Of a stretch of DNA of 64,000 nt, positions 47,264 through 57,763 are shown one piece after another. The position numbers and the translations under genes were made by a program. Below the pieces are notes generated by a model. That model saw nothing but the letters and a program-made list of their open reading frames with translations. It made no database searches and was not told where the DNA came from. Numbering within the stretch: the stretch's first letter is position 1; every line of letters begins with the position of its first letter. The DNA lies in assembly GCA_963725865.1 (NCBI GenBank), contig CAVSAC010000012.1, forward strand, positions 896,001 to 960,000, read 5' to 3'. This DNA comes from Candidatus Eiseniibacteriota bacterium. Its GTDB lineage: Bacteria > Eisenbacteria > RBG-16-71-46.

Positions 47264-50183
47264 ATGGCCCGACTGTTCGTCCTGGATGCCATGGGACTCG
47301 CGTACCGGGCGTACTACGCGTTCATCTCGCGTCCGCTGCGATCGAAGGCCGGCGAGAACACCTCGGCGATCTTCGGCATGGCGATGACCATGCTGAAGCT
47401 GCGGCACGACGAGCGGCCCGATCTGTGGGCGCTCGCGTGGGACGGCCCGGGCCCGACGTGGCGGCACGAGCGCTATCCCGACTACAAGGCGCAGCGCAAG
47501 CCGACGCCCGAGGATCTGATCAGCCAGCTCGGTCCGATCGAGGACCTCGCGCAGGCGCTCGGCTGCCCGGTGATCGAGATCCCGGGCATGGAGGCCGACG
47601 ACGTGATGGCGACGCTCGCCGCGCGCGGCGACGCGCGACGGACTCGAGGTGGTGCTGGTCACCGGCGACAAGGACATGCTGCAGGTGGTGGGCGGTCCGG
47701 TGCGGGTGCTGGCGCCGCGCACCCGCGACGAGTACGAGTGGATCGGCCCCGACGAGGTGCGCGCGAAGTGGGAGGTGGGCCCCGAGCACATCCGCGACGT
47801 GCTGGCGCTGATGGGCGACAGCAGCGACAACATCCCGGGCGTGCCGGGGGTGGGCGAGAAGACCGCCAAGGAGCTGCTGCGCACCTACCACTCGCTCGAC
47901 GACCTCTACGCGCGGCTCGACTCGGTCGCCAAGCCGGCGCTCCGGAAGAAGCTCACCGACCACCGCGACCTGGCGTTCCTCTCGCGCGAGCTGGCCACGG
48001 TGCGCGCCGACCTCGAGCTGCCGCACACCTGGGAGGACCTGCGGTGCGCGCCGATCCGCCGCGACGCGCTGCGCGCGTTCGCGCGCCGCTGGGACATCGG
48101 CCGGCTCGAGCGGGTGGCCGAGAGCGAGGGCGTCGACGACGCGGCGGCGGGCAGCCTGGCACCCGGCCGCCCGGCGGAGCGCCGCGGCACCGTGGCCGAG
48201 ACGCCGGCAGCGGGCGTGAAGCTCGCCGGGGTGCCGTCGACCAAAAGCCCGGCCGCCGCCGCGAATCCGCCGGCGCCCACGGCGCCGGCCGAGCGCTTCG
48301 GCACGCTGCCGATCGCGCCGCCGACCACGCCGCTGCCGCGCGTGCTCGCGTCCACGATCGGCGGGGCACAGGGCAGCCTGGACCTGTGGACCGGGGGCGA
48401 CGACGCGGCCCCGAGCCCGGAGGCGCTCGCGTTCGCGCTCCACGCGGTGCGCGCGCGCGCGCCGCACGGGCTCGCGCTGCTGCCGGTGCTCGACACCGAC
48501 GCGCCCCGCACCGCGCGGCTGGTCGGGCTGGCGCTCGCGGCGCGCGACGGGACCGCCGCGTACGTGCCGCTCGCGCACGAGAGCGGCCCCAACCTGCCGG
48601 TCGAACAGGTGGCGGGCTGGTTGCGCGGGGCGCTCGGCGACGCCGCGGTGCCCAAGGTGGGACACGACCTGAAGGAGCTGCATCACGCGCTCGCGGGCGC
48701 CGGCCTGCCGCTCGCCGGCACCCGGTTCGACCTGCGCATCGGCTCGTTCCTGTGCGATCCGGCGCGCGACCACTCGCTGGCGGGACTCGCGCGCGACGTG
48801 CTGGCGGTGGAGCTGGAGCCGCTCGAGCCCGCCGCTGCGCGCGGCCGGCCGCGTCCCGCGCGCGCGGCGCTCGCGGTCTCGCAGGCGGTCCCGCGCGCCA
48901 CCCGTGCCGTGGCCTGCCTGTTCCCGCTGGAAGAGGCGCTGCGCGCGCAGCTCGAGACGCGCGAGCAATGGTCGCTGTACACCGGGCTCGAGCACCCGCT
49001 GATCGAGGTGCTGGTCGCGATGGAGCGCGCGGGCATCGCGCTCGACCCCGCGGTGCTGCAGGCGATGTCCGCGAGCAGCGCGACCGAGATCGCGCGGCTC
49101 GAGCAGCAGCTGATCGCGCTGGCGGGCGAGTCGGTGAACCTCAACAGCGGCCCGCAGCTCGCGAAGGTGCTGTTCGAGACGCTGAAGCTCCCGCCGGGCC
49201 GCAAGACCAAGACCGGCTACTCGACCGACTCCGAGGTGCTCGAGGCGCTCGCGGAGGAGCACGAGTTCCCGCGCCTGCTGCTCGAGTACCGGGCGCTCAC
49301 GAAGCTCAAGTCCACCTACCTGGACGCGCTGCCGCTGCAGGTGGACGAGCGCGACGGGCGCGTGCACACCACGTTCGACCCGACCGGCGCGGCGACCGGC
49401 CGGCTGTCGTCGAGCGATCCCAATCTCCAGAACATCCCGATGCGCACGCCGGCGGGCCGCGCGATCCGCCGCGCGTTCGTGGCGCCCCCCGGTCGCGCGC
49501 TGGTGGGCGCCGACTACTCGCAGATCGAGTTGCGGGTGATGGCGCACCTCTCGGGCGATCCGGCGCTGATCGAGGCGTTCGTCGGCGGCGAGGACGTGCA
49601 CGCCAGCACCGCGCGGCGCATCTTCAAGGTCGCGGGCGAGGTGGATCCGGCGCTGCGCGCGCGCGCGAAGGTGGTCAACTTCGGCGTCATCTACGGCATG
49701 GGCGCGCGCAGCCTCGCGCAGCAGATGGGCATCCCGCTCGCCGAGGCGCAGGAATTCATCCGCGGCTACTTCGAAGTGTACGCGCGGGTGCGCACGTACC
49801 TCGACGCGACGCTCGCGGAGGCGCGCGAGCGCGGCTACGTGCAGACGCTGCTCGGGCGCCGCCGCTGGCTGCCGGCGCTGCGCGCGGCCAGCGGGCTGGA
49901 GCGCTCGAACGCCGAACGCGCGGCGATCAACACCCCGATCCAGGGCTCCGCCGCCGACCTGGTGAAGCTGGCGATGATCCGCGCGCACCACGCCTTGTCG
50001 CGCCGCGGTGCCTCGGCTAGATTGCTGCTCCAGGTGCACGACGAGCTGGTGTTCGAGTGCGATGCCGCCGAGGCCGCGGCGGTCGCCGAAGTGGTGCGCG
50101 CCGAGATGGAGGGGGCGCACCCGCTGCGAGTGCCGCTCACGGTCTCCGTGGGCATCGGCCCGACCTGGTTCGATGTTCACTGA
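47264..50183 (+). CDS. polA: DNA polymerase I (apparent +1 frameshift near 47630-47640)
   Basis: 5'-3' exonuclease (YKAQR, EADDV, then TGDKD, GDSSDNIPGV) split across two frames; polymerase motifs TGRLSS, ADYSQIELR, KVVNFGVIYG, LQVHDEL. Confidence 0.95.
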
Positions 50184-50823
50184 GCGCGCGCGCCGGGCGC
50201 CGGCGCACGACGGGCTGCTGATCGTCGGCGTGGTGGGACGTGCGGGCAGCGGCAAGACGAGCGTCGCGCGGGCGCTCGCCGCGGACGGCGCGGTGGTGAT
50301 CGCCGCCGATGGGATCGGACACGCGGTCACCGACCAGGATCCCGCGGTGCGCGCGGCGCTGCTCGCCGAGTACGGCCCCACGGTCTACCGGCCCGACGGC
50401 CAGCTCGACCGCCCACGGGTCGCGGCGAGCGTGTTCGCCGATCCCGCGGCGCGCGCCCGGCTGGACGCGCTCGTGCATCCGCGCATCGTGGAGCGGTTGC
50501 GCGCCGAGCTCGCGCGGCTGCGCATGCGCGCGCATCGCGGCGTCGTGGTGGTGGACGCGGCGCTGATGCTGGAGTGGGGATTCGAGCGCGAGTGCGACGC
50601 GGTGCTCGCGGTGACGGCCGCCGAGGCCGAGCAGCTCGCGCGGCTGGAGCGCGCGCGGGGCTGGACGGCCGCGGAGGCGCGGGCGCGGCTCGCCGCGCAG
50701 CGCACCGACGCCGCGTTCGCCGCGGCGGCCGACGAGGTGATCGACAACCGAGGCACCGAGGACGACCTGGCGCGCGAGGCGCGCGCCGCGCTCGCGCGCA
50801 TCGCCGCGCGCCGGCGGACCTAG
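50173..50823 (+). CDS. coaE: Dephospho-CoA kinase
   Basis: GRAGSGKT P-loop; LDALVHP; ADEVIDN. Confidence 0.9.
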   Translation: MFTERARRAPAHDGLLIVGVVGRAGSGKTSVARALAADGAVVIAADGIGHAVTDQDPAVRAALLAEYGPTVYRPDGQLDRPRVAASVFADPAARARLDALVHPRIVERLRAELARLRMRAHRGVVVVDAALMLEWGFERECDAVLAVTAAEAEQLARLERARGWTAAEARARLAAQRTDAAFAAAADEVIDNRGTEDDLAREARAALARIAARRRT

Positions 50824-50841
50824 AAAGGGAACCCCAGATCC

Positions 50842-51949
50842 ATGCTGACCGCCGCCGAGCTGCACAAGCGCCTCGAGCAGACCCGCAACGTCCTCGACGG
50901 CCTGCGGAGGTACCTTTGACATCGACCGCCTGCGCGCGGACGTCGCCGCGTACCAGACGCGCATGGCGGAGCCCGGGTTCTGGGACCGACAGGACGAGGC
51001 CCAGCGACTCGTCGGGGCGCTGAAGAGCGCCCAGCGCACGCTCGACGGCTACGCCGCGCGCGAGACCGGTCTGACGAACCTGGGAGAGCTGCTCGACCTG
51101 GCCGAGGCGGAGGGCGACCAGGAGATGCTGGCCGAGGTCGAGCGCGAGTTGGGCACGATCGAAGGCCAGGTCGCCGACCTCGAGATCCGCAGCCTGCTCT
51201 CGGGCGAGCACGACCGGCTGGGCGCGATCATCTCGATCCACCCCGGCGCCGGCGGCACGGAGTCGCAGGACTGGGCCGAGATGCTCATGCGCATGTACCT
51301 GCGCTGGGCCGAGCGCCACGGCTTCAAGGCGGAGATGCTCGACCTGCAGCCGGGGGACGAGGCCGGCATCAAGGACGCGACCATCCAGCTCGACGGCGAG
51401 TACGCCTATGGCTACCTCAAGGCCGAGAGCGGCGTGCACCGGCTGGTGCGCATCTCGCCCTACGACGCCGCCAAGCGCCGCCACACCTCGTTCGCGTCGG
51501 TCTCGGTGATGCCGATGGTGGACGACACGGTCCGGGTCGACATCGCGCCGGGCGACCTGCGCGTCGACACGTTCCGCGCCAGCGGCGCCGGCGGGCAGCA
51601 CGTGAACAAGACGGAGTCCGCGGTGCGCATCACCCATCTGCCCACCGGGCTCGTGGTGCAGTCGCAGGCCGAGCGCAGCCAGAGCCGCAACCGCGACTTC
51701 GCGATGAAGATCCTGATGGGCCGGCTGCTGGTGCACTACACCGAGCAGCAGCGCGTGAAGACCGAGAAGCTGGCGGGCGAGAAGAAGGACATCGACTTCG
51801 GCAGCCAGATCCGCTCCTACGTGCTCCAGCCTTACACGATGGCGAACGACCATCGCACCGAGCTCAAGATCGGCGACGTGCACGCGGTGCTCGACGGCGA
51901 CCTCGACGCCTTCATCGATGCCTACCTGAAGCGGAAGGAGTCCGCTTGA
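50842..51949 (+). CDS. prfB: Peptide chain release factor 2 (programmed +1 frameshift)
   Basis: A 25-codon first ORF ends RRYL at CTT-TGA-C; second frame carries [14 protein letters not shown] and QIRSY. Confidence 0.97.
50906..50920 (+). promoter_or_regulatory. RF2 autoregulatory +1 frameshift site
   Basis: Internal SD GGAGG, 3-nt spacer, then CTT TGA C. Confidence 0.95.
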
Positions 51950-51953
51950 TCCC

Positions 51954-52688
51954 GTGCCGCCCCGATCGAGGCGGCGGAGTTCGCGGCCGTTCCGCGGTCC
52001 GGCCTGGCGTCGAACCGGCCGCGACGGGCTCCCGCTGAACGCGCGCGCGCCCCGCTCGCGGACGCCGCGGTCGACCGATCCGTTCGGTCGTCCGCTGCCG
52101 CGCGCGTTCTTCGCCCGCGACCCGCGCGTGGTCGCGCGCGCGGTGCTCGGGCGGGTGCTGGTGCACGACGCTCCCGGCGGGCGCGTGGCGGGCATCGTGG
52201 TGGAGGTGGAGGCCTACGCCGGCGCCGCCGACCCCGCGAGCCACGCCTATCGCGGCGAGACCGCCCGCAATCGGGTGATGTTCGGGCCTCCGGGCCACGC
52301 CTACGTCTACTTCACCTACGGCATGCATCATTGTCTCAACCTGGTCACCGGCCCGCGCGGCCGGGCGAGCGCGGTGCTGATCCGCGCAATCGAGCCGCTC
52401 GCAGGGCTCGCGCAGATGAGCCGCCGGCGCGGCATCGCGGACACGGCGCGGTTGGGGCGCGGGCCGGGGTGCGTCGCCCGGGCGCTGGGGCTCGACCGCG
52501 GGCACGACGGCCTCGACCTCACGCGCGGTCCGCTGTGGCTCTCGGACCGCGCCGCGCGCCGTGGCGGCCGGCGGATCGCGCGGGGACCGCGCATCGGCCT
52601 CCGGGTCGCGGTCGAGCGACCGTGGCGCTTCTGGCTCGCCGGGCACCCGTGTGTCTCGGGGCCGCGCGGCGCGTCCGCAGGAGTCTGA
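51954..52688 (+). CDS. mpg: DNA-3-methyladenine glycosylase (AAG/MPG type); start uncertain
   Basis: IVVEVEAY, MFGPPGHAYVYFTYGMH, AVLIRA, GPG and GPRIG motifs. Confidence 0.9.
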   Translation: MPPRSRRRSSRPFRGPAWRRTGRDGLPLNARAPRSRTPRSTDPFGRPLPRAFFARDPRVVARAVLGRVLVHDAPGGRVAGIVVEVEAYAGAADPASHAYRGETARNRVMFGPPGHAYVYFTYGMHHCLNLVTGPRGRASAVLIRAIEPLAGLAQMSRRRGIADTARLGRGPGCVARALGLDRGHDGLDLTRGPLWLSDRAARRGGRRIARGPRIGLRVAVERPWRFWLAGHPCVSGPRGASAGV

Positions 52689-52729
52689 GGAGCGGGGCCG
52701 CGCATGGTCGTCGCGGAGCCAGTCCCCGG

Positions 52730-52758
52730 TTGACAGCGCTGTGACCCCTTCCTAGTAT
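52730..52758 (+). promoter_or_regulatory. Sigma-70 promoter
   Basis: TTGACA-N17-TAGTAT, conspicuous in GC-rich DNA. Confidence 0.7.
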
Positions 52759-52879
52759 CTGCGCGCCGTGCATCGCGCACCTCGTTGACCGCGCGCACTT
52801 TCACCCGGCAGGCGTGAGAGCATTCCTCCGCACGGACCCGAGCGTTACCACGTCGACACGCCGGCACAAAGGAGATGGC

Positions 52880-54511
52880 ATGCACCCTTCGCGCAGGGTC
52901 TGGATCAGCGCGCTCGTCTTGACCGTACTGGCCGCCACGGCCCTCTCGGCGCCTTCCAGGGCGCAGATGTACGAGGATGTCCGACATGCGGCGCAGCTGT
53001 CTCCCGACCCGTTGCAGCGGAGCCCGCGGATGCTCGGGTTCGGCCGCCTCGAGCTGGTGGTGGATGACGAGCACACGCGGTTCACGATGTGGGACTTCGC
53101 GGGGAACCCGACCGGAATCTACGCGGCCGACTCGGGCTCGACCCTCGAGCTGCGACCCCGCACGGGTTCGAGCTCGATGCTGCGGGACCAGCTCGGCTCG
53201 AGCACCGACGCCGTGCAGCAGACCCTCGCCGCCCGGGACGTCGACTTCGGCTTCGAGGCGTGGCGGCGTGCCGCGGGCGCGACCGCGTACGGGTTCGTCG
53301 GCGAGGTGGCGACCGTGCGGCTCGACCACGAGTACTCGAGTGACGTCGAGCTGCGGCGCTCGGTGCAGGTGCCGCGCGGCCAGGCGATCCTCAGCGGGCC
53401 GATGCCGTTCCTGTTCTCCGAGCACGGGCGCTTCGCGCTGCGCGGCCACTTCGGGAGCGAAACGTTGTCGGACGAGTACCGCCGGATGGTCACGAACCGG
53501 ACCGGGACCTGGCTCGATCGCGATGGGAGCCAGATCGACACGCCGCTGTTCTTCACGCCGGACCAGGTGAACGACGACCAGCTCGGCGGCGGACTGGCGA
53601 TGTCGTACGACGTGGGCAAGTCGCTCACGGCGGCGGCCGGCTACGACCTGATCCAGCACAAGCTCCGCAGCGACAACACCGGGAAGCGCTACGTGAGCAA
53701 GATCGACGAGAACCAGCCGGTGCACAACGGCCAGTTCTCGGTGGTCGGGAGAGTGGGCCCGCACCTCCAGTTCGGCGCCGACGCGCGCGGTTGGCGCGAG
53801 ACGTCCGAGGCGAGCTGGCTGTTCACGATCTCCGCCGGCGTGGGAGCGATTCCGCTGAGCGGCCGCGGCAAGCTCTTTCAGCGCGACGAGGAAGGCACCA
53901 CCCTGCGCACCCGCGCGCGCTGGACCCAGGGGCCCCTGCAGCTCGGCGCGTCCCTCAACACGCACTACCGCAAGACGGAGATCTCGGCGCCTGAGGCGGG
54001 CGACATCACGTCGCTGAACTACTTCCTCAATACCCTCTTCTATCGCCAGGGCGCCGACACGCTCGCGTTCCCCGACAGCATCCGGGACGTCGTGAGCGAG
54101 GAGCGCGCGTACGAGGTCGGAGGCGGCATCGCGTGGACGGCGCTGCCCCACCACGCGCAGCTCGGCGTCGAGTTCCACGCCTGGCGGGACGCGAGCCAGA
54201 CGGACCTCGGTGGGGCCGGCCCGAAGCCAGTGGGCTGGGACGTTCGCAGCGGGCTCGAGGTGCCGCTCACGAAGGTCCTGACCGCTCGCGGTGGCTACAT
54301 CTACCGGTGGGACGACCTGGACGACTTCACCCGGTCCAACGAGTACGTCACCCACTCGGTCACGCTGGGTCTGGGTCTCCATCCGGCCGGGGCCGTGTGG
54401 TCGGTGGAGTCCGGGTACGTCCTGGACATGACGCAGGCCGACTTCGGCGATCCATCCCTGCCGCGCGGCAACCGCCAGCAGCTGGCCGCGGAGCTCCGGT
54501 GGGGGTTCTAG
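52880..54511 (+). CDS. Hypothetical outer-membrane beta-barrel protein
   Basis: AAGGAG RBS; signal peptide; alternating beta-strand pattern; C-terminal LRWGF BAM signal. Confidence 0.7.
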   Translation: MHPSRRVWISALVLTVLAATALSAPSRAQMYEDVRHAAQLSPDPLQRSPRMLGFGRLELVVDDEHTRFTMWDFAGNPTGIYAADSGSTLELRPRTGSSSMLRDQLGSSTDAVQQTLAARDVDFGFEAWRRAAGATAYGFVGEVATVRLDHEYSSDVELRRSVQVPRGQAILSGPMPFLFSEHGRFALRGHFGSETLSDEYRRMVTNRTGTWLDRDGSQIDTPLFFTPDQVNDDQLGGGLAMSYDVGKSLTAAAGYDLIQHKLRSDNTGKRYVSKIDENQPVHNGQFSVVGRVGPHLQFGADARGWRETSEASWLFTISAGVGAIPLSGRGKLFQRDEEGTTLRTRARWTQGPLQLGASLNTHYRKTEISAPEAGDITSLNYFLNTLFYRQGADTLAFPDSIRDVVSEERAYEVGGGIAWTALPHHAQLGVEFHAWRDASQTDLGGAGPKPVGWDVRSGLEVPLTKVLTARGGYIYRWDDLDDFTRSNEYVTHSVTLGLGLHPAGAVWSVESGYVLDMTQADFGDPSLPRGNRQQLAAELRWGF

Positions 54512-54836
54512 GTTCGTGCGGATGCAAGAAGATGCTTGACACGGAACGGGGATGCGCACGATATTTCGTGACGACAGGGCGTAGGGCTTCGCCGGGCATC
54601 GGCGTGTCCACCTGTTCCCTCGCATCACCTCCCTCCAGCGTTCCCACGATCCCATCGAGACTCTGCTTCGAGGCTGCTCGGGTTTCTCCCGACGCGCGCT
54701 TCGCACTGACTAACTTCCAGCCCTGCGGGGAGTTGGCGCGGCGAAGTCGATTGACAGTCTCCAGACAGGCTGGCATGTTGAGTCGTCGTCATCCATGCCG
54801 GAGTCGCGAATGGATCATATCGTGAGGTCGAGTCGC

Positions 54837-57731
54837 ATGTGGACTGAGAGCAGGCGTTTGGTGAGTGGGCTCATGGTGATCGCCCTGGGCCTCGTGTTGG
54901 CCGCTCCTCCGGCCCCCGCACAGTCGACCGCCCCAGCCAAGCCGGCGGCCAAGCCCGCGACCGCCCCGGCCAAGCCGGCGGCCAAGCCCGCGACCACCCC
55001 GACCAAGCCGGCGACTCCGGCGCCGACTCCGCCGCGGCCGGCGGCCGCCGCTCCCGCCCGGCCCGCGACTCCCGCGCCCGCGCGTCCTGGAGCGTCCACC
55101 AGCGCCTACGGCAGGATCACGGGCACGGTCAGCGACCCGAGTGGTCCGGCCGCCTACGCCAACGTGATCATCCTCGGCACCAAGCAGGGCTCGATGACGG
55201 ACGAGAACGGCAAGTTCGTCATCAACGGCGTGGCGGTGGGAACCGTGCAGGTGCAGGTGATGCTGACCGGCTTCGACAAGCAGGTCCGCGAGGTGCAGGT
55301 GAACGGAGGCCAGGCCTCGGTGGCCGATTTCAGGCTCGGCGGCCAGAAGGTGGTGAAGGAGTTCGACGTCATCGAGGTCACCGGCCAGAAGCCCATCGAC
55401 ACCAAGTCCTCGACCACCAAGCAGAGCATCACCGCCGACAAGTTGCGCGAGATCCCGGTCGACAATGTGCGCGAGGCGGTCGCGGTCAAGGCCGGCATCG
55501 TCGCCCAGGGCGGCGAGCTGCACTTCCGCGGGGGCCGTGGTGGCGAGGTGAAGTTCCAGTTCGACGGCGTCGAGGTGTCGGATCCGCTGTTCGGGCGCAG
55601 CGCGGGCATCGCGAACCTCGCGGTCGCGGGGGCCGACGTGCTCTCGGGTGGCTTCGACGCCGAGTACGGCAACGCGCTCTCGGGCGTGGTGAGCCTCCAG
55701 ACCAAGGAGGGCACCGATCGCTTCGGCGGCGAGGTGCGCTGGGACACGGACCGCTACGGCGATCCGACCAAGACCTTCGACAACTACGATCGCTTCACGT
55801 TCGGATTCGGCGGCCCCACGCCGGTGAAGAACCTGACGTATTTCGCGACCTACGAGGGCTCGTTCAGCGACACCTACCTGCGCTCCTCGATGTCGCGCCC
55901 GAAGCGCACGCTGCTCGACTTCGTCACGCTCGGGAACCGCCAGAGCAACCAGATCAATACCAACTTCAAGCTCGCGTACCGCGTCAACCCGCGCAACAAG
56001 GTGACGTTCGAGACCGTCAACAACCACACCATCAACACGCCCTACAACCACATGTGGAGCCGCCAGGGATTCGTGAAGGTGACGTACGACACCACGCACA
56101 CCGCGGGCCTGCCGGACACCTACTCGCCCCGCTACGGCACCTGGTCGTTCGTCAAGCTCGACTCCAGCTACCAGGCGCAGAACCTGCCGGACCACGTGCC
56201 CACCATCGACGACCGCTTCCAGCAGTTCACCGCGGTGTGGACGAACCAGCTCTCGGACAAGAGCGTGTGGACGACCCGCGCCTCGAGCCTGCGCTTCCGC
56301 ACCCGTAGCTCGGTGGGGGGCAAGGAGCCGTGGGAGTACGAGATCCAGAGTCCGTTTTACTGGAGCGGCAACGTCCAGAACGGGACCGAGAACAATCCGT
56401 ACTTCGCGACCCACGGCGATCTGCCGCGCTGGTCGAACCGCGACGCATCGACGTACGTCGTGAAGAGCGATTTCTCGACCCGGAAGTGGAAGAACCACAC
56501 GGTCAAGACCGGTTTCGAGGCGAAGTACAACCGGGTCCAGAACCTCGCACTCGTGCTGCCCAACTCGGAGACGAACGGACTTCCGGGCGGCTCGCGCTCG
56601 GACTTCGTGAACTACAACCCCGAGGGCGCCACCTACGTGCAGGACCGGTGGGAATTCGAGGGGCTGGTGCTGAACGTGGGGCTGCGCTACGACCTGTTCA
56701 CGCCCGGTCTCCAGGTGCAGGACACCGACCTGACGTCGGGCAAGCGGTACAAGCAGCAGTTCAGCCCGCGTCTCGGGATCGCGTACCCGATCTCGGACAA
56801 GGACGTGCTCTCCTTCTTCTACGGCTGGACGTACCAGACGCCGGCCCGCAACTTCGTCTTCGAGAACCGCGGCGTGAACACGTCGGTCGCCATCCGCGGC
56901 AACCCGGACCTCGAGCCCGAGACCAACATCTCGTATCAGGCGGGCATGCAGCACCTGTTCTCGCGCGACGTGTCGGGCCAGTTCTCGGTGTTCTTCAAGG
57001 ACATCTACGGTCTCATCACGGTGCGCCAGGAGATCGACGAGTTCGGCAACCAGGTGCGCGTCTACTACAACGGCGACTACGCCTCGTCGCGCGGCTTCGA
57101 GGCCAGCGTCATCAAGAGCTTCAGCCACAAGTTCTCGGCCGAGGTGAACTACACGTTCTCGCTGGCGACCGGAGTGGCGTCGGATCCGAACTCGGCGCTG
57201 CAGTTCTTCAACGGCGGCCGCCTCTATCTGCCGATCGCCGAGCAGCCGCTCGACTGGGACCAGCGCCACACCGTCAGCGTGCAGACGGTGCTGCGAGATC
57301 CGGGCCGCTGGGGCGTGCGCATGCTGTGGACGTACGGCTCGGGATTCCCGTTCACGCCGGCGTTCCGCAACGACCGGCGCCCCGACCCGGCGCTCGAGAA
57401 CTCGCGCCGACTGCCATCGCAGGCGCGGCTGACGCTCGACGGCGACAAGTACTACAAGGTGTGGGGCCAGAACGTGACCCTGTTCTTCGACGCGAGGAAC
57501 GTGCTCAACGCGAAGAACATCGACAACCTGTCGGTGGATGGATTCCCGAACCCGTACATCAACACCGCGGGTGACGACTACACGATCTACTACACGGAGA
57601 CCGGACGCGCCGGCGGCGCCTACCTGCAGGACATCAACGGGGACTCGATCCTCGACTGGGTCCCGGTGCGGGATCCGCGCGTGTTCGAAGAAGGGCGCAA
57701 CGTCCGCATGGGCGTGAGCATCACGTTTTGA
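54837..57731 (+). CDS. TonB-dependent receptor with CarboxypepD_reg-like N-domain and Pro/Ala/Lys-rich extension (alternative start 54873)
   Basis: GRITGTVSD...TDENGKF; plug HFRGGR...GGFDAEYGNALSGVV; GNPDLEPE; C-terminal MGVSITF. Confidence 0.92.
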   Translation: MWTESRRLVSGLMVIALGLVLAAPPAPAQSTAPAKPAAKPATAPAKPAAKPATTPTKPATPAPTPPRPAAAAPARPATPAPARPGASTSAYGRITGTVSDPSGPAAYANVIILGTKQGSMTDENGKFVINGVAVGTVQVQVMLTGFDKQVREVQVNGGQASVADFRLGGQKVVKEFDVIEVTGQKPIDTKSSTTKQSITADKLREIPVDNVREAVAVKAGIVAQGGELHFRGGRGGEVKFQFDGVEVSDPLFGRSAGIANLAVAGADVLSGGFDAEYGNALSGVVSLQTKEGTDRFGGEVRWDTDRYGDPTKTFDNYDRFTFGFGGPTPVKNLTYFATYEGSFSDTYLRSSMSRPKRTLLDFVTLGNRQSNQINTNFKLAYRVNPRNKVTFETVNNHTINTPYNHMWSRQGFVKVTYDTTHTAGLPDTYSPRYGTWSFVKLDSSYQAQNLPDHVPTIDDRFQQFTAVWTNQLSDKSVWTTRASSLRFRTRSSVGGKEPWEYEIQSPFYWSGNVQNGTENNPYFATHGDLPRWSNRDASTYVVKSDFSTRKWKNHTVKTGFEAKYNRVQNLALVLPNSETNGLPGGSRSDFVNYNPEGATYVQDRWEFEGLVLNVGLRYDLFTPGLQVQDTDLTSGKRYKQQFSPRLGIAYPISDKDVLSFFYGWTYQTPARNFVFENRGVNTSVAIRGNPDLEPETNISYQAGMQHLFSRDVSGQFSVFFKDIYGLITVRQEIDEFGNQVRVYYNGDYASSRGFEASVIKSFSHKFSAEVNYTFSLATGVASDPNSALQFFNGGRLYLPIAEQPLDWDQRHTVSVQTVLRDPGRWGVRMLWTYGSGFPFTPAFRNDRRPDPALENSRRLPSQARLTLDGDKYYKVWGQNVTLFFDARNVLNAKNIDNLSVDGFPNPYINTAGDDYTIYYTETGRAGGAYLQDINGDSILDWVPVRDPRVFEEGRNVRMGVSITF
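54929..55085 (+). repeat. Coding tandem repeat (33-nt unit, APAKPAAKPAT) plus Pro/Ala low-complexity tract
   Basis: Two near-perfect copies and a degenerate third in the TBDR N-terminus. Confidence 0.8.
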
Positions 57732-57763
57732 CCCGGGCCGGACGAGCGGACATGAGAGGGACC

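Noticed and set aside
48130..48420. Intein or insertion in polA
   Set aside because: Pro/Ala-rich interdomain linker with no intein terminal motifs.
50842..51949. prfB frameshift or its SPY motif as a novelty or pseudogene
   Set aside because: Canonical RF2 autoregulation; SPY is a conservative variant of SPF.
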